A DNA stretch of 64,000 bases from Octopus sinensis (taxonomy: Eukaryota), in the NCBI RefSeq assembly GCF_006345805.1, contig NC_042999.1, forward strand, positions 143,778,001 through 143,842,000, read 5' to 3'. The position numbers and the translations under genes were made by a program. Of the stretch, positions 51,496-64,000 are shown one piece after another; within the stretch, counting starts at the first letter, position 1; every line of letters begins with the position of its first letter. Under the pieces are notes generated by a model, which was not told the origin of the DNA, did not search any database, and was given only the letters and a program-made list of their open reading frames with translations.

Positions 51496-51639
51496 TGTAC
51501 ATAAGGTGGCAACATGCTGTTTAAGGCGGCGAGCTGGCATCTAAGGTGGTGATCTGGCAGAATCATTAGTGTGTTGGACAAAATGCCATAATAATTATTA
51601 GCAATTACTTTAGCAGATTTTGCACGAAGATGGACTTAA

Positions 51640-51865
51640 TGCAAGGCAGCGAGCTAGCAGAATAGTTACTGCGCCGAAAAAAATGCTTAGCAGCATTTTG
51701 TCAGCCTTTACGTTCTGAGTTCCAATGCCGCTAAGTTCGACTTTGCCTTTCATCTTTTCGGGGTCGATAAAATAAGTACCAATTGATCTCTGGGGTCTTT
51801 CTGATCGACTTACTCCTTACCTCGAACTTACTGGCCTTGTGCCAAAATTTAAAACCAATATTTAA
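51640..51865 (+). mobile_element. SINE (Nin/Deu-like family)
   Basis: Contains TTTGCCTTTCATCTTTTCGGGGTCGATAAAATAAGTACC. Two truncated heads precede it at ~51525-51590. Confidence 0.8.
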
Positions 51866-52789
51866 TTATTTTGAATTCAGACCAGTCTTTCAATCCTGTT
51901 CAGACCAGCTTTGCCTTTCAGTATTCTGGTGTTCATATAACAACTAGCTTTTTTTATATATATAGTGGTTATTGTTAGCTACAGATCTGCTCAGACAGAA
52001 CATGTTCGTCTATTCAATAGATGATGGCCATAACATCATGACTTGGATTGACATGTAAATTAGATGTTAATAATGGGAGTTATATTTATTTACTTATTAT
52101 CTCAATTCATCAACGATTGCATCATAGGTTGCAAGTTTCCGAAATGCGAATATCTGCGTTGTTGCATTTCTGATGGCGAATATGAAGGGACTACCTGTAA
52201 TTCGTTGTACTTCATCCGAAGAGCTCCGGTTTTCCGCCAATGTTTGCATACTTCACCGATAAATGTTGTCCTGGGCTAGACATTAAATTGCTTCCAGTGA
52301 TAAGACTTCAATTCGGAAGTTCATGGGTTCGCGATTTACGCTTTAGTCTCCATTGCCCCCAGGCCCACTCTGAACCAGAGTGAAAGTATCTGGTCAACGG
52401 CTCCAGGTCAAATAACAGAAAATGGTATTGTGGCAAACAGGAGTCGGAGGAGCGTTGGCCCTTAGGCGTGTGTCACACAGGCCTACTTATATGTGGGCAT
52501 GCCATGATATCAAGTCAATCAGTGCCTCTTCCTAAGAGCGAAATAGATTATATCAAATAATATTTATCTTTTAGTGGGTGTAGTACTTGTTTTGTTAATC
52601 CCACCAATAACGGAAAAGTACATTTTGTGTGTGTGTGTGTGCGTGCGTGTGCGTGTGCGTGCGTGCGTGTGCGTGTGCGTGCGTGCGTGTGCGTGCGTGT
52701 TTATGTGTATGTTATGTATGTAATCATGTCTGTATATATGTAAGAATGTATGCACGTATGTATGTATGCCTAGCTTTGCCTTATCCTAT

Positions 52790-53410
52790 TTCCTCCCTCA
52801 GTACTGAGGGTCAGGAATCATGGACGCACGCATTATCACTCCATTGATTCCTGCTTCTGTCTATGGTTGATGCTTTCTCCCAGAGGTCGTCCAGGAGCTT
52901 TAATTTGCTCTTGTTAAAAGCTCTGTCTTTTCAGTTTGTATTGAAATACTTTAAGGCTGATTTTGCTGTCCCAAGTCGTAATCTCATTTCAGAACCTCCA
53001 TCCCATGATTGTTTTATGGTAATTCCTTGGCGCTGGATGCTGAGGTATTCTGGTGCTTTTGTCGCTGCCATGACTTTTGTCATTTTGCATTGATATCCTA
53101 CACGTTTTCACGCAATATACGGTCCTCTAATTTCAGTATCCCCACCCTTGGTGATGTTGCGATAAGTACTATATCGTTAGGAAATTGTTGATTATTGATG
53201 TTCTTTTCAGTGATGGTGATTCCTATTCAACTAAGTTCGTCAAATGACTCTTCCATTGCATCTTCAGAATAAAAGTTGATGCACATGACTGAAGCAAGAC
53301 TACCTTCACGAATTTCTTTCTTGATATAAAACCATTCTATGTTTTCTTCAGTGCACCTGAGAATGGACGCACTATGTCTAACCACTGCCTGCAAATGCCC
53401 AGATATTCAT
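52790..53410 (-). mobile_element. Degraded RTE-clade LINE 3' fragment
   Basis: FPNDIVLIA (cf. FADDIVLIA) and GGSEMRLRLGTAKSA, followed by a C-terminal remnant. Confidence 0.7.
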
Positions 53411-54014
53411 TGACGTGACTAGATTTCTCCCAGCCAGGTTGGGTTTTAAAACCACTTTTACTCTTGCTGAATTGATGTTGTTACCGATATACGCTATGTG
53501 GCCCTTTTTTTTCTCCTCCACCCTACTCCACTTCTCTCTTATACTCTCTTATTATCTCTCTTTCTTCACCTTCTGCTCTGTTTTTCTGTCAAACCTGTCT
53601 TCATTCGTCTCCGTCTTTTTTTGTCTTGTATTTTTGCTTCAGCCTTTCTTCGCCCTGTATTTTTGCCGAATAATGCCGAGACGAATAGGACTAGCAACTT
53701 TTGTTCCTGTAATGGATTATATGCTCACGTAGTTGATGTCTGCTAATCTCATGAAACACGTGTAAATTATTACACTCACACACGCTTCGCGCGCGCACAC
53801 ACACATACACATACAGACAAAATAACGCAACAGTTGTAAAGTATATCAAAATATATTTTACATAGCTCTAACATTCAATGGGAATAGCCAAGGGCGAAAG
53901 TCGGAGAGAAGACAGTCAACTTTTGATATTCTGTGTGTGTGTGTGTGTGTGCGCGCTTGTGTTTATGTGTGTATGTGAAAGAGATGAGAGAGATATTTAC
54001 AGAGTAATTGATAA

Positions 54015-54048
<34 letters not shown>

Positions 54049-54289
54049 CTATATAGTATATATAAGAGATAGAGCAAGCGTGAAAGATAGAGATGAAGAA
54101 ACAGAGGATAGAGCATGCATCGACAAAGGTAGATAAACATAGAGTAGTTATGATAAAGATAGCTTGATACATAGATAAAGAGAAGTAGAAATGGCTTTTA
54201 ATGAGAGAAAATCTGTATAGAAAGGTAGAAAAAGACAAGTGAAAACGAAAGAATATTGAGAAATATACATAGGAAGAAATACTCTGAAG

Positions 54290-54300
54290 CGAGGGGAAGT

Positions 54301-54331
<31 letters not shown>

Positions 54332-54488
54332 GAAGAGATAGAGAGAGAAAGAGAGAGGGTGAGAGAGAGACCCTCATACATACAGGCAGACACAGAGACA
54401 TAGAGACAGAGAGAGACGAGAAAGACAAGCAGGCAGACAGGCAAACACAGAGAGATATCAGGGAGAGAGAGTTAGAAACAGAGAGAGC

Positions 54489-54539
<51 letters not shown>

Positions 54540-54780
54540 GCAGACAGACAGACAGACAGAGATCAGAGAGATAGATAGAGAGAGAAATAGAAGAATGAAT
54601 GAAAAACAAACAACAGAGATATTGAGAACTTACAAGTACGAATATTATAAGGTAAGAAACAGATAATGTATATAAGAGGAGTACAAGAAAGTGTAAAAGA
54701 GAGGAAGAGAGAACCAGAAGGCAACAAAGAGACAGACAGAGAGACAGAAAAAGAAAGAAAACGGATGAGTGAGTCGATAA
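54290..54780. repeat. (GA)n/(GACA)n-rich low-complexity tract
   Basis: Direct. Confidence 0.9.
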
Positions 54781-55319
54781 GAAAAGCAGAACCAATAGGA
54801 TTTTAATGATCCGAAGTTTAATTGCTATATTTAGCTACAAATCCCTATTGCATTTCTCGTGCTTTGCCCTCGATCCGTATAGTCGAGACTTCTTCAATTG
54901 ATATATCGAATTTATGAATCAATTTCGAGCACGTTCACCCTCATCCACTAACGATGAGAGAACCGTAGAAATACGAATAAATTTATTCAGAAGAGATATT
55001 TAGAATTTAGCAAGCATTCAGAAGATTCGTTGCCATAGCAAGTTCTAAATAAATCAGAGAAAACAAGATAAAATACAATTTTCACAGAGGTCGCCTGATA
55101 AGATTAACCCTTTGAAGATAGTCTGTCCTTTTAAAGTTGTGAAGAAGTAATTAATTACGTGATAGATTAATTGTTTGATCAATCGATCGGGTGGTTGGTA
55201 GATTAGTTAAATTCTTCTGCTAATTAATCTTTATTTAATAATTAATATTTCTAGGTCATGTTTTAGTTTATCAGTTGACTCGTGACATCTATCTTCTATC
55301 TTTGTAATTCTCTTTTCTC

Positions 55320-55346
55320 TTCATGCATACATACATACATAAATGC

Positions 55347-55445
<99 letters not shown>

Positions 55446-55504
55446 GTATATGTGTATGTATGTACACACACACACGCGCACACACACACACGCACACACA
55501 CACA

Positions 55505-55594
<90 letters not shown>

Positions 55595-55611
55595 CATATA
55601 TATATATATAT

Positions 55612-55654
<43 letters not shown>

Positions 55655-56070
55655 CCTGTACACACACGTGCACAAACACGCAAACACACACAGACAAACA
55701 CACACATATATGTATGTATACTTTGGTATATACAAACTGTAGAAGGAATACTGGATAAATGCAGAAAAATATGTATTTGTTCGAAACGAAGGTTCACTTT
55801 ATCAGTACTCACAGTTTCACGCTACATAAGATACTTCATACATATATGTGTGTATGTACGTGTGTGTGTTTGTGTGTGTGTGTATGTGTGTGGGTGTGTA
55901 TGTGTGTATGTGTGTGTGTATGTGTGTGTGTGCGTGCGTGTGTGTGTGCGTGTGTGTGTGTGTGTGCATGTGTGTAGGGAAAACAAAAATATTGAAGCTC
56001 AACTTTATATTTCTACTTATGTGAAAAAATTTATCTTCCTGCATATGTATAGACACACACACACACACAT
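55320..56070. repeat. Compound (TA)n/(CA)n/(TG)n microsatellite block
   Basis: Direct. The overlapping YI/HT/CV ORFs are artefacts. Confidence 0.95.
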
Positions 56071-56259
56071 ATATGTAAAGGTAAGATCCAAGGATCAAGG
56101 CGTAGGAAGTTAGTGACTTTGAAGCAATCCGTAGAATAATAGTGGTTTATTGACGCAGGAAGTTGTGAATTTTTACTGTATTGAAGTACGATAAGCTGAA
56201 AAAAAGTTACGTTAATAGTTCACGGTTAGCAATAGGGGTTGTTGTATATGCGAATAAAC

Positions 56260-56541
56260 ATCCAAAAAATAGGGGATGGAGTAGATACCAGGTTATATAT
56301 GTTTGATAGCTAGCGGAACCTCGGAAGTAGTAAATTATCCAAACCGCAAGCTGCTCGAATCTCCAACGTGTTAACACGTGATCTAACGACAATGTAAACT
56401 TCATATAATCAAGGTATCCTTGGCCTGAAGAGTAGCTTGTAGTCTATCCTACGTTTGGATAATTTACTCCTTCTGAGGCCCCGCTAGCTATGAAACATAT
56501 GTAGCCTGGACTTTATCGGTTCCATTCCTTAACTTCGGGAT
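56260..56541. mobile_element. MITE-like foldback element with ~110-bp imperfect terminal inverted repeats
   Basis: CCAGGTTATATATGTTTGATAGCTAGCGGAACCTCGGAAGTAGTAAATTATCCAAAC pairs with GTTTGGATAATTTACTCCTTCTGAGGCCCCGCTAGCTATGAAACATATGTAGCCTGG. The outer limits are fuzzy. Confidence 0.7.
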
Positions 56542-58424
56542 ATATATATACACATACCTCTCCGTTGGAATATCTTTGTTTCTAGATCTATGTATGAATC
56601 CTGAAGACGTGCCTTAATAATTTCCTTCAGACATTATTTTTAACTATTTCTGTTTATCCACTCTAACAGTTTATATCTTCAATCATCTCAATATTTGATA
56701 AGTACTGGGAAGACTATTTCACCGAAGAGGTGTAATAAGACATTTTTCCAATTGCCTCTATACTACTAAACATGAGACTCACACCTCGCTATAGGCCCTC
56801 TTTCTACTTATATTGCAATTGCATTGATTTTAAATCGGATATATCCTCTGGCTTTCTTGACTAGAATTTAATTAAGCTCAATGTAAGCTTAATGATTAAT
56901 TCTGTTCAAGAAAGGCAGGTGTGATTTTAATCACTTAACTTTTTGGGGTCACTACATTAAATATGTTGTCGCCAACTTAGCTATATATAAAAATACTGCA
57001 TGTGAAATAGATGAGCAATCTGAAAGTACTATCTTTTCCCATGCCACTTTCATTCACTTCTAATATGTTGTTTAATGTCAGGTTAATTCTAATGAAGCAG
57101 ACCTATGAACATCTTATCTCATTTTCTGAAAATGCATCCATGACTACAGTCTCCAATTTTTCCTTCCTCGCGTACTTCTTTTCTTTCATTTTCTTTCGTT
57201 AAGATGGCATGGGAAAGTTGGTTGCTGAGGGGAAAGTTGGTTGCTGTTTCCAGAAAGTCTGATAGCCATATTGGGGTTCCCCTCTTATACACTAGGAATA
57301 TTTACAAAGTATGTTTTCTTCTTTTTCTGCTGAAATAAATGTCAGTATCTAACGATATAACCATACTCAGTCGTTGAGATTTTAGACAACTTTATTATGT
57401 ACTGTATTTGCCGTCAATAAACTAAACAGATGATATTCGAGAAATCATAGTTGTTCACTGTTCTGGTACAACATATTCGACTGAATACAATGATTTCGAG
57501 ACCTTTAATACCTTTCGTTTCTAACATTTTGAAGACTCCAGTTTTTTCAAGTGTAATCATCTCTTTATATAGATTATTTCACTATTATTGTGCTGTAGCA
57601 TTTGTGAATGAAATTCATTAATATCTGCTGTGTACGTTACCTCCATTTTACAGCATTTGTTTCTCACTCCAATTTAAGTTTGTTTCCAAGTTTCTATTTA
57701 GTGTTTTACTAGTATTATTTTTTAAAGAAGTGCGCATCACTTTTTCTGTCGGGTTGGGGAGGAGGAAGAAATTCTGAATTATAAGTTATTCACCATTCGA
57801 ATTCTTGCAAAAGTGGACTTCTCTAATGTGCCCAAGGCCAGGTGGTGTGTTAAACCGAGTGATGGGTTAAGTCTGCCACTCAATAACAAAAGTAATATAT
57901 CCGACAAGTTTCCGCACTTTTTCGTCTGTACATATACTCTTAGAAGCCTTAGACTAATTCATTGCTGTGGTAGAAACACTTGTCCAGGATGCTGCGTAGT
58001 GGGTTCCTACCCAAAGCCATCTGGCTACCAAATGAACTGTTTAACCGCACAGCAGTATCTAACGCTATATCTAACGCAAATACATTATTTACTTTAAATA
58101 ATTGTGATTACATCAGCGCAATTTTTCTTCAGAGAGCATTATAATGATTTTTTGTTCTATAACAAATATCATAGGAAGGTAATACTTTATCGACATTTTG
58201 GGGATTGAAGTGAGCAATAACTTTTAGACGGCATTCTTTATAACCTTCTTGTGGTTCGAATGTATTACTATCTCTTATATTTATGAGCAGTTAAGATAGT
58301 TATCTACACAGCTCACAACAACCTCTCTCTCCCTCCCTTTCACTCTGTCTCTTTCTCTCTCTCACCTTCTCTCTTTCTTACTTTCTTTCTCTCTCTCTCT
58401 CTCCCTCTTTCTCTATCTTTTGAT

Positions 58425-58509
<85 letters not shown>

Positions 58510-58570
58510 CATATATATACTCCTTAAAAGGTTAAGCAATGTCTACATTATAAATTGTTCTTCTAACTTG

Positions 58571-58604
<34 letters not shown>

Positions 58605-61011
58605 CTTCGCAAGGTTTCTATTCTGCTAATTCAACCCAATAGATTTAGGATCGAGTAAGGCTTCTGTAACAAGAATTTAGTCGGCAGAATAGTGATATTT
58701 AGCATATACTTTACCAGATCAGAACCTCTTTCTAAATATTCTAGTGATTTATCTACTGTAAGTATATGAAGGGTGTACATTACTTATGTAGTAATCTTCA
58801 CACATTCGTTTGAGAATTATATTTTCTGAGCACACAAGGGAGAAAATGTTCACAGTGTGACAGTTTTAGTATTAGAACTGCTAGAAATGGTTGGTTCAAT
58901 GTCTTGAAGAAAGAAATACAGGGAGATGGCAGTAAGCAGAGAAGTGATTATAGCTAGAAGATTCGCTAAGTGTGAAGGCAGATCTTTCAAGTCCTAAAGA
59001 ACGGAATACAATATAGTGGCAACAAAAGAAACTGAGAGAGTATATATACTGCACTGATAAAAGAGTGAAGAAGATATTCAGTTAGTGAGGTTTTTATTTG
59101 TTTTTGAAAGAAGACATGACAAAAGGTTTCGTGGCTCTATGCGTATCTCGGCTTGTTCGACATATTAATAACTTCACAAGACTGTCCGAGATGCTGTGTG
59201 TGCACCACGGATAGTCTAGTCTGACAGCATCTCTGTGATTAGAGACTTTTTCTTTAATCAGTAGTATCCCCTAGAAGCATTGCTTAGAATTTCTAAAAGT
59301 TACCCATCGTAATCCTTGACCCGGAAGCTCTTCGGAACAGACCAAGTAGCTTGTCCTAGTTGATGCTAATAGCTTCCTCGAACATGTCGCTATTTTCTAC
59401 CACTAATCCTCTATATATTGCTAACGTGGACTCATACCAACTCCTTTGTCTAACCGGTAGAGGATAGTAAATGCTTAACATCCTAGATGCCAGGAATCTA
59501 TCTTGGTCTTGGCTTGTTTTAGGGATTGCAACGCTGTGAAAGAAACAAGCGGTGAGAAGACATGCTTTTACAAACGTAGAAGAATATTTGTTGGTGGAAT
59601 ATTCTCAGTGCACATCAACAAACACGGAATACCGAGCTCACCTTGCAATAGGAATTGGTAGCACGTGGAGAGCTTGAGAAGAGAAATGCGTCTCTTCCAC
59701 TGGACGCAGAAGGACTCCAACTTGGTCAGTTGGAAATCGGAGCAAGGCACAACTGATATAAGTTGTAATGGAGACGATGTAGGTATTCGCCACCTCAACC
59801 TAACCTTTCAGCAATACCCTCTTCTTGATCATCACTGAGCAAGTTTAGCCATCTTGCACGTAATCTAATCCTAGTTCCAGTCCCTCTGGAGATTCGGACC
59901 GAAACAAGCTCCAAGCTCCGGTTCATCTTTTCAATCCCATAGGATGCTGTCTGACCGCATTGATTTGTTTCTCCAGGTACCAAGCTGCAAGACCACCGAC
60001 TTGACCAGATTTATTTTTGCTCTGAAACACACCTACGTTTCTAGAGGAATGTTCCAAGAAAACTCCATTTTCCCACGTTTTGTTTAGCATTGATATATTT
60101 AGGCAACATGTTAGACATGACCTCGGATACAAAAGCTATGACAAGACAATTAAACATCTTTTGTACAAGTGCGGCACCAAGTTATAGGTTTGACATTATA
60201 ACCAACTAGGAACAACCGCTACTGGCAGTACATGGATTTATCAGAAAAATAGATATGAAATTCCGACTGAAAAATGTGCTATGGATACCTTCAAGTAAGG
60301 AAAATTAAGAACTCTAATATCATGTTAAATAAACTTAGAGAAGAAAGTTAGACCAAACACAGACGTATAGGAGTCAATGAATTTGACACAGCATAACAAA
60401 ACACAAACGAAAGAAAAGATTAATACTTCAGAAAAAGCCGAAAGTTACTCAGCTTTCAATACCTTATTCTCTCTGTGAACCTTTAAGAATTTAATCATGG
60501 CTTAGTGGAAGAGGAAAAGAAGAAGGTAATGCAGTTTTCATGATGGTTACAGCCGATAGCCGCAACTATTTTACAAAAGATAAAAGCTGTTCAAAAACCT
60601 TTACAAGTCAGTAATGCTAGGCTACTGAACGAGGGTAAGAAGAAAATTCTCACTGCCTTACCCACCGGCACAGTTGACTGCTCTCCCGTGCTTGTAGAAT
60701 AATGGGAGACTGTCAGTAGATTAGAAGAGGTGGTTAGATAGTGCATTGCGACCGACATACTAGTGGCGAAACTGGCTATTTGCTCGACTGTTTCTGCAGG
60801 ACAGTTTTCTGGATGTTGCTCGAGAGATGAACCTCACTCGGAACCCACCAACTAATTGATTTTATCGTTCTTCTTTAACGCTATAGACTACCGAACTGTG
60901 GGCACTTGGCGACATTCTTAATGTCAGTTGAGGTGGTCAGTTTTGGCCAGTGTTTGTCCTATCACCAGGTCAGTCAAAAAAAAAAACAGAAAAGAGAGAG
61001 CGTGCGCACAC

Positions 61012-61046
<35 letters not shown>

Positions 61047-61149
61047 GCAGGGAAACAGCTATAATGAGAAGCACCTGCGAAAAGCAACTATACCTCACAA
61101 TCTAAGAGTCTTTGTACATGTTGCAGTCTCATTTCATATTAGCATATCA

Positions 61150-62280
61150 TCAGCTACGGCACACCACATCTATATCATACTCTTTTGTTTTGGCTATTTT
61201 CAATTTAATTTTTAAGCAAAATACAACGATACATTGAACCTCCTTGTGCCAAATATCTGACCAAAAAATTCTTACGATCTCAATATTTGGGAGTTCACTC
61301 TTCTGATGTTCATTGTCATTTTTCAGCTTTGGAAAATATCTTTGTTTCTGAAGAGCCTGTTTTACTTATGCTGATTAATTATTTGTTAGCAGCTAGTATT
61401 TATTAATCGTTTTGACTTTAATGTTTTTCATCTAAGAGCTTCTTCAGCAACCTGAACCCTTCAGTGTATGATGTCATAGATTTTCACTGTATATCATCTT
61501 CCAAGATCCTTATTGAGCAGCTCAACTTGATTCTCAAATATTTTCTTTCATGAATATTTTACCCTTTTTTCGCTCGATTTCAATTCCGAGGATTTTACAG
61601 AAACAAAGTTGTACAGTAAATGAGGTCATTTACATCTGTTATATTCTCAACGTTGATTTTCGGGAAAAGTTTATCTTGAATCTTTATTGCTCTTTGTAGT
61701 TTTTCACTTTTCATTTCCCCCAAAGTTAGTAATTACGCTGTTTCCCTAATTTTTGTCTCATTTAAACGTTGAAGTAAGCCCCTTTTCTCTTCCCTAATAC
61801 TGCTTCCCTCCATGACGTAAAACTAGTAATCACTCTTACTATTGTTTCTTTGCTTCTGGCGATTCACTGACCTTTCTGCTCCTTGCTCAAGTCACTTTCT
61901 TATGTAGTTATATGCTTGATATTTCAGTGTTCTGACGATCTCTTCCAGCTTCCACAAGGACAGAGGTTGTTCCCTCACGTCTTGAGTTATCTTTTATGTA
62001 GAAGTTTTTGTTATTTGACACAGAACATGTCCCTCTCTATCCATATTTTATGGGGGGGGGTCCGTCTCCTATTTTGCCAGGCTCGCACCAGCAGTAACAT
62101 TCCATAAAAATTCTGTTGTTATTTTGAGATCACCTTCTAATCTTTGCAACATTAGTTGAATAAACATTAGATCCATACTTCCGTTCAGTGGGACACTTAT
62201 AATGCAACAGAAATTTACTTGAGGATTCAGTATATTAAAGTAACTATGATATAAATTTTTATCTGATATAACACTCATAA
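61150..62280 (-). mobile_element. Old R4/Dong-like N-terminal coding remnant
   Basis: QHK*NRLFRNK...*EFFGQIFG resembles the region at 44.6-44.8 kb; many stops. Confidence 0.45.
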
Positions 62281-62509
62281 AATGAACTTTGGTGATAAGA
62301 TGACCGTTGATTTTAAGGAGTCAACGTCTTCAGGACGGCTGCCAGCCATATTTAAAAGGATTCTCTTCCCCTTGAGGCAGATTCAACTCTGTTAGGAGTT
62401 AACCCGGTTATTTATGGTCTCGGAGTAAGTATTATTATTGTTGTTACCAGTCATTAACCAGTAGGCCATAGTTCTAAGTTAATTATGAGCAGTAATGAGC
62501 AACAACAAT

Positions 62510-62640
62510 AATGCAAGGCCTGGAATTTTGAGGGAAGGATCTAGTTGTTTACATCAACCCCAGTGCTCAACTGGTACGTATTTAATCGACACAAAAAAGA
62601 TGAAAGGCAAGATGTTTTTCGTCTGGCAGGATTTCCAAAT
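62510..62640 (-). mobile_element. SINE 3' fragment (Nin/Deu-like family)
   Basis: Reverse complement contains CTTGCCTTTCATCTTTTTTGTGTCGATTAAATACGTACCAGTTGAGCACTGGGGTTGATG. Confidence 0.7.
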
Positions 62641-63468
62641 AAGAAAAAATGTAACCAAGTACTATCCCCACAGAGTATGCTCATCATTACAATTGTCACC
62701 ATCATCCACCACAATCATTATCATCATCGTCATCATAATTATCATCAACAATATCCTTATCATTATCACATGTATTCTTTAATACTTGCTAAGAAACGAA
62801 GATGACAATGCCCGTCACCACGCAGTTCGATCTAACATGCATACATAAGCACACATATATACATGCACACATGCGTAGACATATATAAGCATAAACACAA
62901 TCACACATACACACCAGCACATTCAACATACATATTCTTATGTATGTGAATATATTATTGTATATAAGCATGCACACTTACATACATGCATGAATACTAT
63001 ATGTATAGACATATGCATATTTGTCTATACATATATATATATATCCAAACACATACATACATATATCCAAATACATATATAAACACACATATCAGTGTGC
63101 GCTTGTGCGTGTGTGTGTGAGTTCGTATATACCTGCGCATGTAATTGTAAGTTTAGATGCATACAGGCAAAAGCGTACGTAGACAAACACACATCATCAT
63201 ATACAGATAAAATTTAAAACCGTAAAGCTCTAAAACAGTGCACATCTTTCGACATTGATTTATCGTGCAAGTCAGTCTATTCTGGTTGTGTCGGACATTT
63301 TGCAAATATGCTAGAGTACACAGCAAAACTCTTATTGTTTGGCCGTGCTCCAGTTTACTTATAATTTCTTTCTCGTTTAACGGACATGTCTGCAGTGTAT
63401 CTACTTGTGTGTATGTGTACCTATGTGCTTCTCTATTCTCTCTCTACCACACTCCCATCTCTCTCTCG

Positions 63469-63511
<43 letters not shown>

Positions 63512-63512
63512 G

Positions 63513-63564
<52 letters not shown>

Positions 63565-63854
63565 TACAGACAGACACATATGTGTGTCTGTTAATATATA
63601 TATACACATACACACACACACACACACACACTCGTATATATATATGGCTAGAAAATCTCTAGAAGAGATGAAAGTAGTAACTATACTCAGAAGTGATGTC
63701 TGTCGCCACTTCAACATGGTTGATCCGTACCAACCAACGTTACTATTATTTTTAACCCCAAGTGGGTACCTCCTCTAGCTGATTAACGATGCAATCTGCT
63801 GCCGATATATGTTGCAAGTATGGAAGAGAATCCCCTACCATCTTCTAGCGACTG

Positions 63855-63906
63855 ATCCACCAGACCAGGTTGGTTTCGGGCTATTTTCCCATCCTCAGTG
63901 GTGGAT
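63855..63906 (-). ncRNA. Type I hammerhead ribozyme motif, catalytic core intact
   Basis: - strand: ATCCACCA CTGAGGA T GGG AAAATAG CCC GAAA CC AACCT GG TC TGGTGGAT. Stem I is 8 bp, stem II 3 bp, stem III 3-4 bp, and the cleavage triplet is GUC. Confidence 0.88.
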
Positions 63907-64000
63907 ACTTGTCCGACAGAGATAGCAGTAATTCGGTCCAGCTCGCAATATATAGAAAAATAAGTGTGTATGTGTGCGCGCGTGCGTGTATATATATATA

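Noticed and set aside
56900-57750. Possible RTE-like remnant on the - strand
   Set aside because: The similarity is too faint to list as a feature.
62302-62337. CTGAAGA plus a 6-bp stem on the - strand, as a hammerhead
   Set aside because: It is followed by GTCA instead of GAAA, and there is no stem III or stem I.

Overview
AT-rich, microsatellite-dense eukaryotic non-coding DNA. It is probably from an octopus, inferred from my recollection of its SINE families, not from a search. No host protein-coding gene can be supported; nearly all recognisable content is transposon-derived. Main content: (1) a near-intact CR1/L2-group LINE (- strand, 1646 to about 7015). Its ORF1 combines a Myb/SANT-like trihelix domain with a CCCH finger, and an ~87-bp tandem array lies upstream. 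An ancient relative sits at about 16.7-19.9 kb. (2) A full-length RTE LINE with a 14-bp TSD (20087-23269). (3) A 36-51 kb cluster of co-oriented R4/Dong-like (RLE) LINEs in (AAT)n tracts. One almost complete copy is interrupted by a Penelope element (12-bp TSD) and a Helitron (A|T site). (4) A tandem array of an unclassified ~557-bp non-coding element separated by (AAT)n. (5) Several tRNA-derived SINE families, two of which share sequence with LINEs in this same window. (6) A MITE and several palindromes. The top finding is an apparently intact type I hammerhead ribozyme on the - strand at 63855-63906. Several decayed hammerhead motifs lie in Penelope terminal repeats.
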